A stretch of DNA of 64,000 nucleotides from Prevotella sp. Its GTDB lineage: Bacteria; Bacteroidota; Bacteroidia; Bacteroidales; Bacteroidaceae. The notes beneath the pieces were generated by a model that did not search any database, had not been told where the DNA came from, and worked only from the letters and a program-made list of their open reading frames with translations. A program made the position numbers and the translations under genes. Positions 29,751 through 39,808 of this stretch are shown piece by piece; within the stretch, counting starts at the first letter, position 1; the number at the start of each line of letters is the position of its first letter. Location: positions 8,051-72,050 of the forward strand of contig DMYZ01000231.1 of assembly GCA_003483565.1 (NCBI GenBank). Reading direction: 5' to 3'.

Positions 29751-29821
29751 GTTAATTATACAATTGAGGTTAATTTATTCGCTTGGGGATTGTTGTCTGT
29801 GAAGGCCGCAATCCTTTTTTT
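29751..29821 (+). ncRNA. candidate ~70-nt small RNA
   Basis: Consensus promoter upstream; ends in hairpin ggattgttgtct-GTGA-aggccgcaatcc plus T-run; no ORF; next gene has its own -7 element (29876-29883). Confidence 0.6.
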
Positions 29822-29903
29822 ATTCCTTTTGCAAGGAAAAAATTGAAAAACCTTGGTCATTTCATTTTAAACTCGTATTTTTGCAAAAGAAAACAAGAAT
29901 AAA

Positions 29904-30140
29904 ATGACAGGATTAGAAATTTTAATAGCTTTTATAGTAATAGCTCTCATTGGGTGGGGCATTTGTGAGTTGAAATACAAGTCATTACCTTTTCATCATA
30001 GTTCCGAGGAACAGGCTGGCTGGGACGAGTTTAAAGAACATGCTGAGATGAATGATGGCAAGGAAATGAATATTCGTGATATAGTCCGGACGAATAGTAC
30101 TAAAGGCTATGATGCTGTGGGGCCTAAAAATGCGGAATAA
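29904..30140 (+). CDS. small single-pass membrane protein
   Basis: N-terminal TM helix; own promoter TATTTTTG and A-rich start context. Confidence 0.7.
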   Translation: MTGLEILIAFIVIALIGWGICELKYKSLPFHHSSEEQAGWDEFKEHAEMNDGKEMNIRDIVRTNSTKGYDAVGPKNAE

Positions 30141-30198
30141 AATTCTTTAACTCCTTGTGAGGAAGGAATTACAGGAATTTGTAAATTTATATGTATTT

Positions 30199-30243
30199 TA
30201 ACTTTTACTCTATATGTAAATGTAGTTGATAGGGTAAAAGTTA
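30199..30243. terminator. hairpin between convergent genes
   Basis: taacttttactctat / atagggtaaaagtta. Confidence 0.55.
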
Positions 30244-30246
30244 TTC

Positions 30247-32145
30247 TCATTTCTTAAGGTATAATTTTATTTCATTAATAAAAAGTTTACCATAGCGTTC
30301 TTTTTTAAAATCTCCAATTCCACCGACCATGCCAAACTGAAGTAAGGTTGTTGGTTTTACGGTGGCAAGGTTATGAAGTACTTTGTCACTTAGTATCATG
30401 TAGGCAGGAAAACCTTGTTTTCGGGAAAGATCTAGTCGCAATTTACGTAGTTGCTGAAACAGACCGGTATCTTCTTCTCCAGTTTCAGAAAACTGTACGG
30501 GGTGGTTTTTATCAGCAGAAGAGGCTATTGTAGAATATTGAATTTCATTCTGTGAGAGTTGTATCGCATTGAGATGTACATGAGGCACTTGAGCGCTTCT
30601 CTTTGTATTGCCTGAATATTCTTCATTTATATTTGTATCAATTTCAGCAAGTTGGACTTTATCTTCACCTTTTAATATTTTCCATCCAAGAGGGGTTACT
30701 GTCATTATATTATGCTGATCATAGGCAATTTCAATAAATCCCATTTGTAACATCTGCAAGATGTAGTCTTGCCAGTCTTTGCTGGAAATATTCTTGCCAA
30801 CTCCAAAGGTAGGCAGATCGTAGTAGCCTTTCCTTATAACAGTATCACTCCGTATACCTCTTAATATTTCAATACAGGTGCCTATACGGCATGTTTGTTG
30901 TGTTCTCATTATTGCGCTTAAAGCTTTTTGGACGATCTCCGTACCATCAAATTTCTTGGGAGGGTTCTTGCAGACATCACAATGCATGCAGTCATGATCC
31001 ATCTGTTCACCAAAATAGTTGAGCAAAATTCGTCTTCTGCAGACTTGTGCTTCGGCATATTCCTGCATACGTTTGAGCTTTTCAAGATTGACTTCCTGCT
31101 GCCCACTTTCATTAGCGAATTTACGGAGTTGAATTATGTCTGCAAGACTATAAAAGAGAACTGTTTCGGATGGAGCGCCATCGCGGCCAGCGCGACCTAT
31201 TTCTTGATAGAAACTCTCTATACTTTTTGGCATATTATAATGTACAATCCACCGTACGTTGCTTTTATCGATGCCCATACCGAAAGCGATAGTCGCACAG
31301 ACAACCTGAATCTCATCAGTTTTAAATCGTTCCTGTATGGAGTTTCTTAGAGCATTGCTAAGACCTGCATGATAAGGGGCTGCAATAATACCCATGTTTT
31401 GTAGGTCTTTGGCCGTTGTTTCTGCTGTTTTGCGAGAGAGGCAATAGATAATACCTGCTTCGCCGGGATGGCGCTTGATCAGGTTGTATATGTATTGCTG
31501 TTTTTCTTTCTTACGAAATCCTCGCTTTACGCTAAGTGAAAGATTTGGGCGGTCAAAGCTACTAATAAATGTCTTGCCATTGAGGTGCAGTTGCCTGATA
31601 ATATCCTTTCTTGTGATTTTGTCGGCTGTAGCAGTAAGGGCCATGACAGGTGTGTCATGAAAACTATTGTGTAGTATTCCTAATTGGCTGTACTCTGGTC
31701 GGAAATCATGTCCCCACTGGCTGATGCAGTGTGCTTCATCAATAGCAAAAAGAGAAATTTTGATATTTGCAAATAAATAGGGGATTTCCTTAATAAGTTT
31801 TTCTGGAGAGACATAAACCATCTTTAGGTCACCAGCCATACAACGGCGGCGTATTATCATATCTTGCTCGGGATCGTTACCGCTATTTAGTGCTTCGGCA
31901 GGGATGCCGTTTGCCTTGAGCGCTTCTACCTGATCATGCATCAAAGAAATAAGGGGAGACACGATAACGGCAGTACCCGGAAGAGCAAGTGCAGGAATTT
32001 GATAGCATAGACTTTTGCCGCCTCCTGTAGGCATTAGCACAAAACAGTCGTGATTCTGTATTACTTCATTGATGATTTCCATCTGATTGGGACGGAATGA
32101 GTCATAACCATAATATTTTTTGAGAATTTCTTTAGGATCCATCAT
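30247..32145 (-). CDS. recQ: DNA helicase RecQ
   Basis: MPTGGGKSLCYQ, DEAHCISQWGHDFRP, ATIAFGMGIDK, QEIGRAGRDG, Zn-binding CRR..C..CDVC, RQC and HRDC domains. Confidence 0.96.
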   Translation of the reverse strand: MMDPKEILKKYYGYDSFRPNQMEIINEVIQNHDCFVLMPTGGGKSLCYQIPALALPGTAVIVSPLISLMHDQVEALKANGIPAEALNSGNDPEQDMIIRRRCMAGDLKMVYVSPEKLIKEIPYLFANIKISLFAIDEAHCISQWGHDFRPEYSQLGILHNSFHDTPVMALTATADKITRKDIIRQLHLNGKTFISSFDRPNLSLSVKRGFRKKEKQQYIYNLIKRHPGEAGIIYCLSRKTAETTAKDLQNMGIIAAPYHAGLSNALRNSIQERFKTDEIQVVCATIAFGMGIDKSNVRWIVHYNMPKSIESFYQEIGRAGRDGAPSETVLFYSLADIIQLRKFANESGQQEVNLEKLKRMQEYAEAQVCRRRILLNYFGEQMDHDCMHCDVCKNPPKKFDGTEIVQKALSAIMRTQQTCRIGTCIEILRGIRSDTVIRKGYYDLPTFGVGKNISSKDWQDYILQMLQMGFIEIAYDQHNIMTVTPLGWKILKGEDKVQLAEIDTNINEEYSGNTKRSAQVPHVHLNAIQLSQNEIQYSTIASSADKNHPVQFSETGEEDTGLFQQLRKLRLDLSRKQGFPAYMILSDKVLHNLATVKPTTLLQFGMVGGIGDFKKERYGKLFINEIKLYLKK

Positions 32146-32437
32146 AATATTGCAAAAGTACTAAAAAGAATGCAGATTTACAAACTGTTATTGTAAAATT
32201 GATTTTTATATAGGTTATGAGTGTATAATAGTTATTTCGCAGGTCACTTAAGTCTTTCTTAAGAAATAATCTTCTAAAGCTTTCATATTTCAAAATAAAG
32301 TTGTACATTTGTTATGTTTTAGCCATGGCAAAATCGCTCAGATCGAAAAAAAAGCCTGTTAGTGGCAATTTACTGGTGTGTGATGATAGCTGTATGGTAT
32401 TTTGAAAAATATAAATAAAATATAGTTTTAAGACAAA

Positions 32438-35044
32438 ATGGACGAAAATCAGACAATTGACAATGACAGAATCCTAAAGGTCAACATTGATGAAGAGATG
32501 AAGTCTTCGTATATCGACTATTCTATGTCGGTTATCGTTGCTCGTGCCCTTCCTGATGTGCGTGATGGTTTCAAACCTGTTCATCGTCGTATCCTTTATG
32601 GTATGCTTGGTATTGGAAATACAAGTGATAAACCTTATAAGAAATGTGCCCGAGTGGTAGGTGAGGTACTTGGTAAGTATCACCCTCATGGAGATTCTTC
32701 TGTGTACGGAGCCTTGGTTCGTATGGGACAGAATTGGAATATGCGTTATCCTCTTGTTGACGGACAGGGTAATTTTGGCAGTGTTGACGGTGACTCTCCT
32801 GCGGCTATGCGTTATACGGAATGCCGACTCAGTAAAATGGGTGAGCATATTATGGATGATTTAGATCGGGATACGGTAGATATGACGAATAACTTCGATG
32901 ATACTTTGAAGGAACCGTCTGTGATGCCAACAAAGATTCCTAATCTTTTGGTCAATGGTGGTAATGGTATTGCTGTAGGTATGGCTACAAACATCCCTAC
33001 ACATAACTTGATTGAGGTAATTGACGGGTGTTGTGCTTATATAGACAATCCAGATATTGACCTTGATGGTTTAATGCAATATATTAAGGCTCCTGATTTC
33101 CCGACTGGAGCTTATATCTATGGAATACAGGGCGTGCGACAGGCATATGAGACCGGTCGTGGCCGCATTGTAATGCGTGCCAAAGCGGAAATTGAGAGTG
33201 ATGATAATCACGATAAGATAATTGTGAATGAAATTCCTTATGGGGTCAACAAGGCTATGCTTATAGAGTATATTGCTGAATTGGTCAAGGAAGGTAAACT
33301 TGATGGCATTTCCAATGTCAATGATGAGTCTGGCCGCCAAGGAATGCGTATTGTCGTTGACATTAAAAAGGATGCCAATGCTAATGTCGTGCTTAACAAG
33401 CTATTCAAAATGACGGCGTTGCAGAGTTCGTTCTCTGTTAATTGCATTGCTCTGGTTAATGGTCGCCCACATTTGCTTAGTCTTAGAGATTGTGTAAAAT
33501 ACTTCGTAGAACATCGTCATGATGTTACGATCCGTCGAACTAAATATGATTTGAAAAAAGCACAGGAACGTGCACATATCTTAGAAGGACTAATTATAGC
33601 TTGTGACAATATCGATGAGGTTGTGCATATTATTCGTAATAGCAAAACTCCTGCTGATGCTCAACATAATTTGGAACAACGTTTCGAACTTGATGAGCTT
33701 CAGAGTAAGGCTATTGTTGATATGCGACTTAGTCAATTAACTGGTCTGCGTATGGATCAGCTGCATCAAGAGTATGACGAATTGCAGAAGGAAATTGATT
33801 ATCTTAATCAGATCTTGAGTGACCCTGAGCTCTGCAAAAAAGTAATGAAGGATGAACTCAATGAAGTAAAAGATAAGTATGGTGATCCTCGCCGTACAGA
33901 AATTAAGTATTCATCAGAGGAATTTAATCCAGAAGATTTCTATCCTAATGATCCTGTAGTCATTACAGTGAGTCATTTAGGTTATATCAAACGGACACCG
34001 TTGTCTGAGTTCCGCGAACAGGCCAGGGGTGGAGTTGGTGCTAAGGGAGCCCGTACTCGTGATAAAGATTTTACTGAGTACATTTATCCAGCTACGATGC
34101 ATCAAACCATGCTCTTTTTTACTAAGAAAGGACGTTGTTATTGGCTTAAGTGTTATGAAATCCCTGAAGGTGAGAAAAATTCTAAGGGGCGTGCTATTCA
34201 AAACCTCCTGAATATTGACAGTGATGATTCTGTTAATGCATTCCTTCGTCTGCAGGGGCTTAATGATGCTGATTTTATAAACAATCATTATGTTGTTTTT
34301 GCTACTAAGAATGGTACTGTAAAGAAGACTTGTCTGGAACAGTATTCCCGTCCTCGTGCTAACGGTGTAAATGCGATAACTCTTACAGAAGGTGATGAAG
34401 TCGTAGATGTCAGATTGACGAATGGCCATAACGAACTTATTATTGCCAATCGTGCTGGCCGAGCTGTTCACTTTTATGAAGATTCTATCCGCACAATGGG
34501 GCGTACAGCTACCGGTGTAAGAGGAATGCGAATTGATGATGATGGTGATGATGCCGTGATAGGAATGGTAGTAGTAAATGATTCTGAAAAGGAGACGGTT
34601 ATGGTCGTTTCAGAAGAAGGTTATGGCAAGCGTTCACAAGTTAATGATTATCGTATTACCAACCGTGGAGGTAAGGGCGTAAAAACACTTTCCATCACAG
34701 AAAAGACCGGTCAGCTGGTAGCTATCAAGAATGTGACTGATGACAACGATCTGATGATTATCAACAAGAGTGGTATAGTTATTCGAATGTCCGTGGCTGA
34801 TGTTCGTGTTATGGGGCGTGCTACTCAGGGTGTTCGCTTAATCAATCTTGCCAAGAAAAATGATGTCATAGCCAGTGTTTGCAAAGTCATGAGTAGCGAA
34901 CTGGAGGAAACTGTAGAGGAAGAAAGCCGTGCACAATGGGCAAAGAAGAGTGAAGAAATCAAGCAAGATTCTCACGCTGACATTCCATCAGGTGAAGTGT
35001 CTTCTGAAGCAGAGAATGATGAAAATTCATCAGACAAAGAATAA
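32438..35044 (+). CDS. gyrA: DNA gyrase subunit A
   Basis: [25 protein letters not shown], GyrA box QARGGVG. Confidence 0.97.
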   Translation: MDENQTIDNDRILKVNIDEEMKSSYIDYSMSVIVARALPDVRDGFKPVHRRILYGMLGIGNTSDKPYKKCARVVGEVLGKYHPHGDSSVYGALVRMGQNWNMRYPLVDGQGNFGSVDGDSPAAMRYTECRLSKMGEHIMDDLDRDTVDMTNNFDDTLKEPSVMPTKIPNLLVNGGNGIAVGMATNIPTHNLIEVIDGCCAYIDNPDIDLDGLMQYIKAPDFPTGAYIYGIQGVRQAYETGRGRIVMRAKAEIESDDNHDKIIVNEIPYGVNKAMLIEYIAELVKEGKLDGISNVNDESGRQGMRIVVDIKKDANANVVLNKLFKMTALQSSFSVNCIALVNGRPHLLSLRDCVKYFVEHRHDVTIRRTKYDLKKAQERAHILEGLIIACDNIDEVVHIIRNSKTPADAQHNLEQRFELDELQSKAIVDMRLSQLTGLRMDQLHQEYDELQKEIDYLNQILSDPELCKKVMKDELNEVKDKYGDPRRTEIKYSSEEFNPEDFYPNDPVVITVSHLGYIKRTPLSEFREQARGGVGAKGARTRDKDFTEYIYPATMHQTMLFFTKKGRCYWLKCYEIPEGEKNSKGRAIQNLLNIDSDDSVNAFLRLQGLNDADFINNHYVVFATKNGTVKKTCLEQYSRPRANGVNAITLTEGDEVVDVRLTNGHNELIIANRAGRAVHFYEDSIRTMGRTATGVRGMRIDDDGDDAVIGMVVVNDSEKETVMVVSEEGYGKRSQVNDYRITNRGGKGVKTLSITEKTGQLVAIKNVTDDNDLMIINKSGIVIRMSVADVRVMGRATQGVRLINLAKKNDVIASVCKVMSSELEETVEEESRAQWAKKSEEIKQDSHADIPSGEVSSEAENDENSSDKE

Positions 35045-35078
35045 AGATATATATTAATAACCTTTTAAATAAACAAGA

Positions 35079-36302
35079 ATGAAGAAAATGATGTTGGCAG
35101 TTGCGTTGCTCTTTGGAGTAACAGCTGCATTTGCGGGTGCCAGTGATCAGTTGAAAGCTATCTTAAAAGCTGATTCATACCAAGATGCTAAATCCTTGTT
35201 AGAGCAGAATTTAAATTCTTTGCCAAGCAATGATGAAAAAGCTAAAGCTTATAATTACTTGGTAGAGCTTTCTATGAAGAAGTATAACAAGGAAAGTGCA
35301 GTGGTTACTCAGAATCAAATGAATGATCAGATGAAAATGAGTAAAAATAACCAGTCTTATGATACATTAGGCATGTATAATGCTGCAGCCAATGCTTTGA
35401 AAGCAGCAGAAGAATGCTATAAGTATGATAATATGCCTAATGCAAAGGGTAAGGTTAGTCCTAAGTTTGCTTCTTTGTCTACTACTCTTTGGCCTATACA
35501 TATCGATCTTGTTAATGGTGGTCAATACGCTGCACAGCACAACAATACGGATGCTGTATTAATGTATTGGGGAGCATTTCTTGATTCTGATTCATCTCCA
35601 CTTTTTGCGTCTATAGATGAAGCAAAGAAAAAAAGTGAGGATCAGTATCGTGGCCAAGTCGCACGTTTTGCAGCTGTCTATGCTTATCAGGCTAAGGATA
35701 TGGATGCGGCCAATAAATATTGCGATATTGCCTTGAAAGATACAGCTGAGTTCAAAAATGCTTTTAATTTGAAGCTTGTTCTTATGGGTGATGGTCTGAA
35801 AAACAAAGAGGATTCTCTTGGCTACGCCAGTAAATTGAAAGAACTTCAGACTAAGTATCCTGATAATGATGTTATTTTGGACAAACTTTATAATGTATAT
35901 GCATCTTTGGGTGAGAAAGTTCAAGCTAAGCAGGTGTTAACGGATGCTTTAGCTAAGGATCCGAATAACTTCGTAGCTCTTGCTGATCTGGGTATGGCTT
36001 ATATCAGCGAGAATGATGCTGATAATGCTATTAAATATTTGCGTAAGGCTTGTGATCTCAAACCTGATAACGCAGTAGTTCAGACTTACTTAGGTACAGT
36101 ACTTAATGTTAAAGCTAGTAATGCTGTCGCAAAGCAGACCCGTGATGTGATTTTTGAAGAAGCTATCAAACATTTGGATAAGGCAAAAGAGCTTGATCCA
36201 AACAAAAATCAGGCTAACTGGGGATACAATCGTTATCAGGCCTATTACGGTCGATATGGAGCAAATGACCCTAAGACTCAATCTGCTGAAGCTGATAAAT
36301 AA
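35079..36302 (+). CDS. exported tetratricopeptide repeat protein
   Basis: Signal peptide; TPR-like helices (ALAKDPNN, ACDLKPDN, AKELDPN); typical neighbour of Bacteroidetes gyrA. Confidence 0.85.
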   Translation: MKKMMLAVALLFGVTAAFAGASDQLKAILKADSYQDAKSLLEQNLNSLPSNDEKAKAYNYLVELSMKKYNKESAVVTQNQMNDQMKMSKNNQSYDTLGMYNAAANALKAAEECYKYDNMPNAKGKVSPKFASLSTTLWPIHIDLVNGGQYAAQHNNTDAVLMYWGAFLDSDSSPLFASIDEAKKKSEDQYRGQVARFAAVYAYQAKDMDAANKYCDIALKDTAEFKNAFNLKLVLMGDGLKNKEDSLGYASKLKELQTKYPDNDVILDKLYNVYASLGEKVQAKQVLTDALAKDPNNFVALADLGMAYISENDADNAIKYLRKACDLKPDNAVVQTYLGTVLNVKASNAVAKQTRDVIFEEAIKHLDKAKELDPNKNQANWGYNRYQAYYGRYGANDPKTQSAEADK

Positions 36303-36325
36303 ATGTAATAATTTATAAAGTATAG

Positions 36326-36361
36326 AAGCTGTGAGGAAAATTAATTTCTCACAGCTTTTTT
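36326..36361. terminator. bidirectional terminator
   Basis: aagctgtgag / ctcacagctt plus T-run. Confidence 0.75.
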
Positions 36362-37121
36362 ATTTCCATTCTATATGTTCAATTCTACAGCTATCAGATA
36401 ATTTGTCGATATCTACCCAGTTGTATATTCCGGGTATTCGTCCATGTTTTTTAGATTGCCATATATCATATTTTGTTTTTCCAGGCAGAATAGGTATTCC
36501 ATTATAGCTGGCTATAAAATGAATGCAATTATCAAAATCAGGAGAAAGATAATCTTTGTAATACGATTGTGAACAGTAGATTATCGGGGTTACTCCATAT
36601 ATTATTTTACAGGCACGAATAAATCCTTTGAGATGTATGCGTATCATCCTCTTACTCCATCCTTTGGTACCATCTTCTTCAATATCTACCATTGGTAGAA
36701 GATCTTGTTTGTTTTTTTCAATAGTATGGCAGAAATGTAGAAACTGTAATTCGCCTAACGCTCCTTTACATAGAAAATGATAAGATCCTACTTTGAAACC
36801 GTGTTTTCTAGCTTCTAATATATTGTGTTTATATGCAGGGTCATTTAAAAACATGCCCTCTGTAGCCTTAATATATATGAATTTGATATGTTTGTTGTTC
36901 TTTAATTCATTCCAGCGTATATTCCCTTGATGTTTGGATATATCAATACCATCATAGTTACCATCATAATTACCAGAAGTTTCATCATGGTAAGGCCATT
37001 GCCTATCGTAACTCATATATTGAAAATAGCTCCAAGGTTCAAGTAGTAGGATCGCAAGAAGCAGAGTTATAGTTATACAAATATACCATATATGCTGTTT
37101 GTCTTTTTTCTTTCTTCTCAT
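36360..37121 (-). CDS. GH25 lysozyme/muramidase, membrane-anchored
   Basis: GIDISKHQG, IYIKATEG, GSYHF, DIE catalytic motif; N-terminal TM helix. Confidence 0.92.
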   Translation of the reverse strand: MRRKKKDKQHIWYICITITLLLAILLLEPWSYFQYMSYDRQWPYHDETSGNYDGNYDGIDISKHQGNIRWNELKNNKHIKFIYIKATEGMFLNDPAYKHNILEARKHGFKVGSYHFLCKGALGELQFLHFCHTIEKNKQDLLPMVDIEEDGTKGWSKRMIRIHLKGFIRACKIIYGVTPIIYCSQSYYKDYLSPDFDNCIHFIASYNGIPILPGKTKYDIWQSKKHGRIPGIYNWVDIDKLSDSCRIEHIEWK

Positions 37122-37187
37122 AACAGGGTGTAAAGGTAACTAAAATCGTTATAAGATACAAAATAAAATCAAAAATGAGTTAATATT

Positions 37188-37218
37188 TTTGCTTATCAGA
37201 GAATTTGTTTTATTTTTG
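37188..37218 (+). promoter_or_regulatory. consensus Bacteroidetes promoter
   Basis: -33 TTTG (37188-37191), 19-nt spacer, -7 TATTTTTG (37211-37218); both flanking CDSs are on the minus strand. Confidence 0.75.
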
Positions 37219-37223
37219 CACTG

Positions 37224-37482
37224 TACAAATTGTATGTATAGTATTTTAATTCTTGTGGATAACAGGAATTTACTAAGTGGTAAAAAGATTAGTTATGATA
37301 CTTTAGAGTGAAAGACAGTGCGTGGTTAACCATGTACTTTAAAAAATATATAATACATATATAAACTCGTGAGAGCATATGTCTGTATTGATTTCTTTGT
37401 AAGAAGAAATCGTTTTAATTTTATGTTATTAATTAGGTTAAAATTTTAAAGGTACCAATTCGTGAGAATTGGTACCTTTTTT
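37224..37482 (+). ncRNA. candidate ~260-nt structured small RNA
   Basis: Plus-strand promoter, a series of hairpins with GNRA loops (GTGA 37369, GTAA 37399, GTGA 37462) and a terminator with T6 at 37448-37482. Confidence 0.65.
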
Positions 37483-37495
37483 GTTTCATAGTTCT

Positions 37496-38440
37496 TTACA
37501 ATAGGTTAAGGATTTTGTCAACGATTTTTTTTATAGTAGAAGAATCAGTAGCTTGATCTAGCTTTTGATCGACTTTCTGTTTTATTTTATTCTCTACATG
37601 ATCGCTGACTTTGTTTACAGTCTGGTCAATTTTTTTATCAATATTACTAGTGCTGTTGTCTATATTGTTTGTTTCTTGGTTGTTTTTAATGGATGTATTT
37701 CTATTACTGTTATCCTCGTTTTGTTGTTTAGTTGTGTCGACTGCCGGGCTTTCCTTATCTATAGCCTTGAGAATACTGTTTGCATTCATCGTAAAGACAT
37801 GACCGAGTATACCCCAACTAACGGTGTAGTCTTCACCATTAAAATTGACAGTAGTTTTGCTGAAGATAATGTCGTTGTGATATTCAAGTACCTGATCAAG
37901 GACGCCATTGAGAACGTTGCTTGTGATCATACTATTAAGCATCTTAAATCCTTCAGCCATGATTCCATCACTAGAAGCATCATCTGTTTTCTGATTAATA
38001 ACTTCCGTCATCTCTTTATCAATAGCTTGCTCATGACTGTCTTTATTTGGGGCCGTGATAGCAAGAATGATGAGGATTATCATAAAAGCTATAACAGAGT
38101 AAAGAACAACTTTACTTTTGTCTTTTTCTCCTTTCTGATGATTTGATGTGTTTTCCAAATCTGTTTCCTGTTTGTTCGTGTTCTCAGTGGTAGGCTGATT
38201 TGGATAAGGAGGAGGGGTCGGTTTCTGTGTCTGTTGCTGCCCGGATGCCTGTTGTGAACTGCTTGTACGTGGGTCAATACCCTTTAGAATATCATGTAGT
38301 TCTTCTACTTGCCATGCCGGAGTCCAGTTGGTCATTCCTTCAGTCCAAACAAGTGTATCTGAGGTGATATGGCGATCGAACAATTCTTCAAGGGTATAAG
38401 GACCCGTTTGCTGATTATTGATGATAATAAAGTATGTCAT
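37496..38440 (-). CDS. GYF_2 (DUF4339) domain membrane protein
   Basis: YFIIINNQQTGPY...DTLVWTEGMTNWTPA; Pro/Gln linker; single TM; extracytoplasmic domain. Confidence 0.85.
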   Translation of the reverse strand: MTYFIIINNQQTGPYTLEELFDRHITSDTLVWTEGMTNWTPAWQVEELHDILKGIDPRTSSSQQASGQQQTQKPTPPPYPNQPTTENTNKQETDLENTSNHQKGEKDKSKVVLYSVIAFMIILIILAITAPNKDSHEQAIDKEMTEVINQKTDDASSDGIMAEGFKMLNSMITSNVLNGVLDQVLEYHNDIIFSKTTVNFNGEDYTVSWGILGHVFTMNANSILKAIDKESPAVDTTKQQNEDNSNRNTSIKNNQETNNIDNSTSNIDKKIDQTVNKVSDHVENKIKQKVDQKLDQATDSSTIKKIVDKILNLL

Positions 38441-38469
38441 AATTTTAATGTTTTATTATAATGAATATT

Positions 38470-39741
38470 TTAATGGGTGGCAGACCACCATGAAGTTTTT
38501 TCTTTTCCTTTTAAGGCTACGCTGTTCTGACTAAGGTCGCTAATGGTAAGACCGCTGAAAACCTTAATGTCACGATAGGTAATGCCTAGACCTAGTGCAC
38601 TATAAAGTTTGGAAGTAGCTTTAGCACTAACTACGACCTTGCTGATGAGTGCTGCATAACTGTTAAGGTCACTTTTCTTAAGCCCTAAATGATCAACATA
38701 ACTTGTCATGTCGTAGAAAATAGGAGTACCAAAGCCGTCCAGGACTTGTACACTGTCGCGAAGGCTGTCTACAAGTGTATATTTGCTGTTTATGGTCTTC
38801 ATAAATGTGGCAAGGTTGTCCATCTGACGACAATCTGTTACACTGATAGTTCCATAAGGCATGCTGTATTTGCTGTAATAATTATAGAAGGAACTCGTAA
38901 GATTGCTGTAGCTGGGGGAAGCTGATGAAAGGTTATTCCACATTGAGTAATAAGGCATGCCTTCAGCCATAATCTCCGAGGTACTACCAATGAGAAAGTT
39001 TGTTACATTGCGTAGTTCATAGGCTGTTTCGACATTGGCCATATAACAGTCGTCAAAAAGAAGATATTGCAATTTATGATTACTGCCTGAAGGGTAGGTC
39101 ATTTCATTCTCTGCAGTTGTTAGTGCTTCTGATAAAGTTGGAATATCTACACTATAATCTTTAATATCGTCAACACTACCAAAAAAACGTGTGGGATGAC
39201 CATTTTTGTTTTTATTGGCAAGTTGATTAGAAGCATACGGGGATGTACCTATTGATGATTTAGCGTAAGAAGGATAATCGGTCCAGTCGTCCTTGAAAGT
39301 CCATCCGTTTCCATGACAACCGATAATCATAGCATAGTTGAGAGCTGGCGCAGCTTGAAATGCATCGCTGAAAATACCAGCCATACCAGAAGCTGAAAGG
39401 TAATTCTTGCCAGTATATTCTTTGAGAGTTGTCTCTGTACATGCATTGCCGTTGAAAGTTACTTCGAAAAGTTTAGCTGCTGTAGCGCTGGTGTTAAGAT
39501 ATATAAGCAGACGTTTATGATTCAGTCCACTATTTGCTTTTACGCCTGCTTCCATACTGTCTATGTTTACTAAAAAATAAGGATAGAGCCCGGAATTATT
39601 ATCGCTTCCAGTCCAAGGCATATATACAAATAATGTTTGAGTGGTATAATCTTCTTTATTATAGACAGAATCATCTGAGCATGAAGATATTCCAGCCAGA
39701 AAAGTCAGACTTGTGAAAAGAAAAAGAAAGAACTTTTTCAT
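38470..39741 (-). CDS. clostripain-family (C11) cysteine peptidase lipoprotein
   Basis: Lipobox ISSC; HG (GCHGNGW) and DxC (FDDCYMANVETAYEL) catalytic motifs. Confidence 0.9.
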   Translation of the reverse strand: MKKFFLFLFTSLTFLAGISSCSDDSVYNKEDYTTQTLFVYMPWTGSDNNSGLYPYFLVNIDSMEAGVKANSGLNHKRLLIYLNTSATAAKLFEVTFNGNACTETTLKEYTGKNYLSASGMAGIFSDAFQAAPALNYAMIIGCHGNGWTFKDDWTDYPSYAKSSIGTSPYASNQLANKNKNGHPTRFFGSVDDIKDYSVDIPTLSEALTTAENEMTYPSGSNHKLQYLLFDDCYMANVETAYELRNVTNFLIGSTSEIMAEGMPYYSMWNNLSSASPSYSNLTSSFYNYYSKYSMPYGTISVTDCRQMDNLATFMKTINSKYTLVDSLRDSVQVLDGFGTPIFYDMTSYVDHLGLKKSDLNSYAALISKVVVSAKATSKLYSALGLGITYRDIKVFSGLTISDLSQNSVALKGKEKTSWWSATH

Positions 39742-39808
39742 AATTATGTAAAAATTAAAAGGTGTACTCTGTTCTTTACAAGAATTAGGGTACACCTTAT
39801 TATAAATT

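Noticed and set aside
29465-29846. 73-aa and 99-aa ORFs in the spacer after DUF4301
   Set aside because: They run through a terminator, a promoter and the candidate sRNA; composition is not protein-like
36360-37121. GH25 lysozyme as a prophage lysin
   Set aside because: No holin, integrase or structural genes; membrane-anchored chromosomal type
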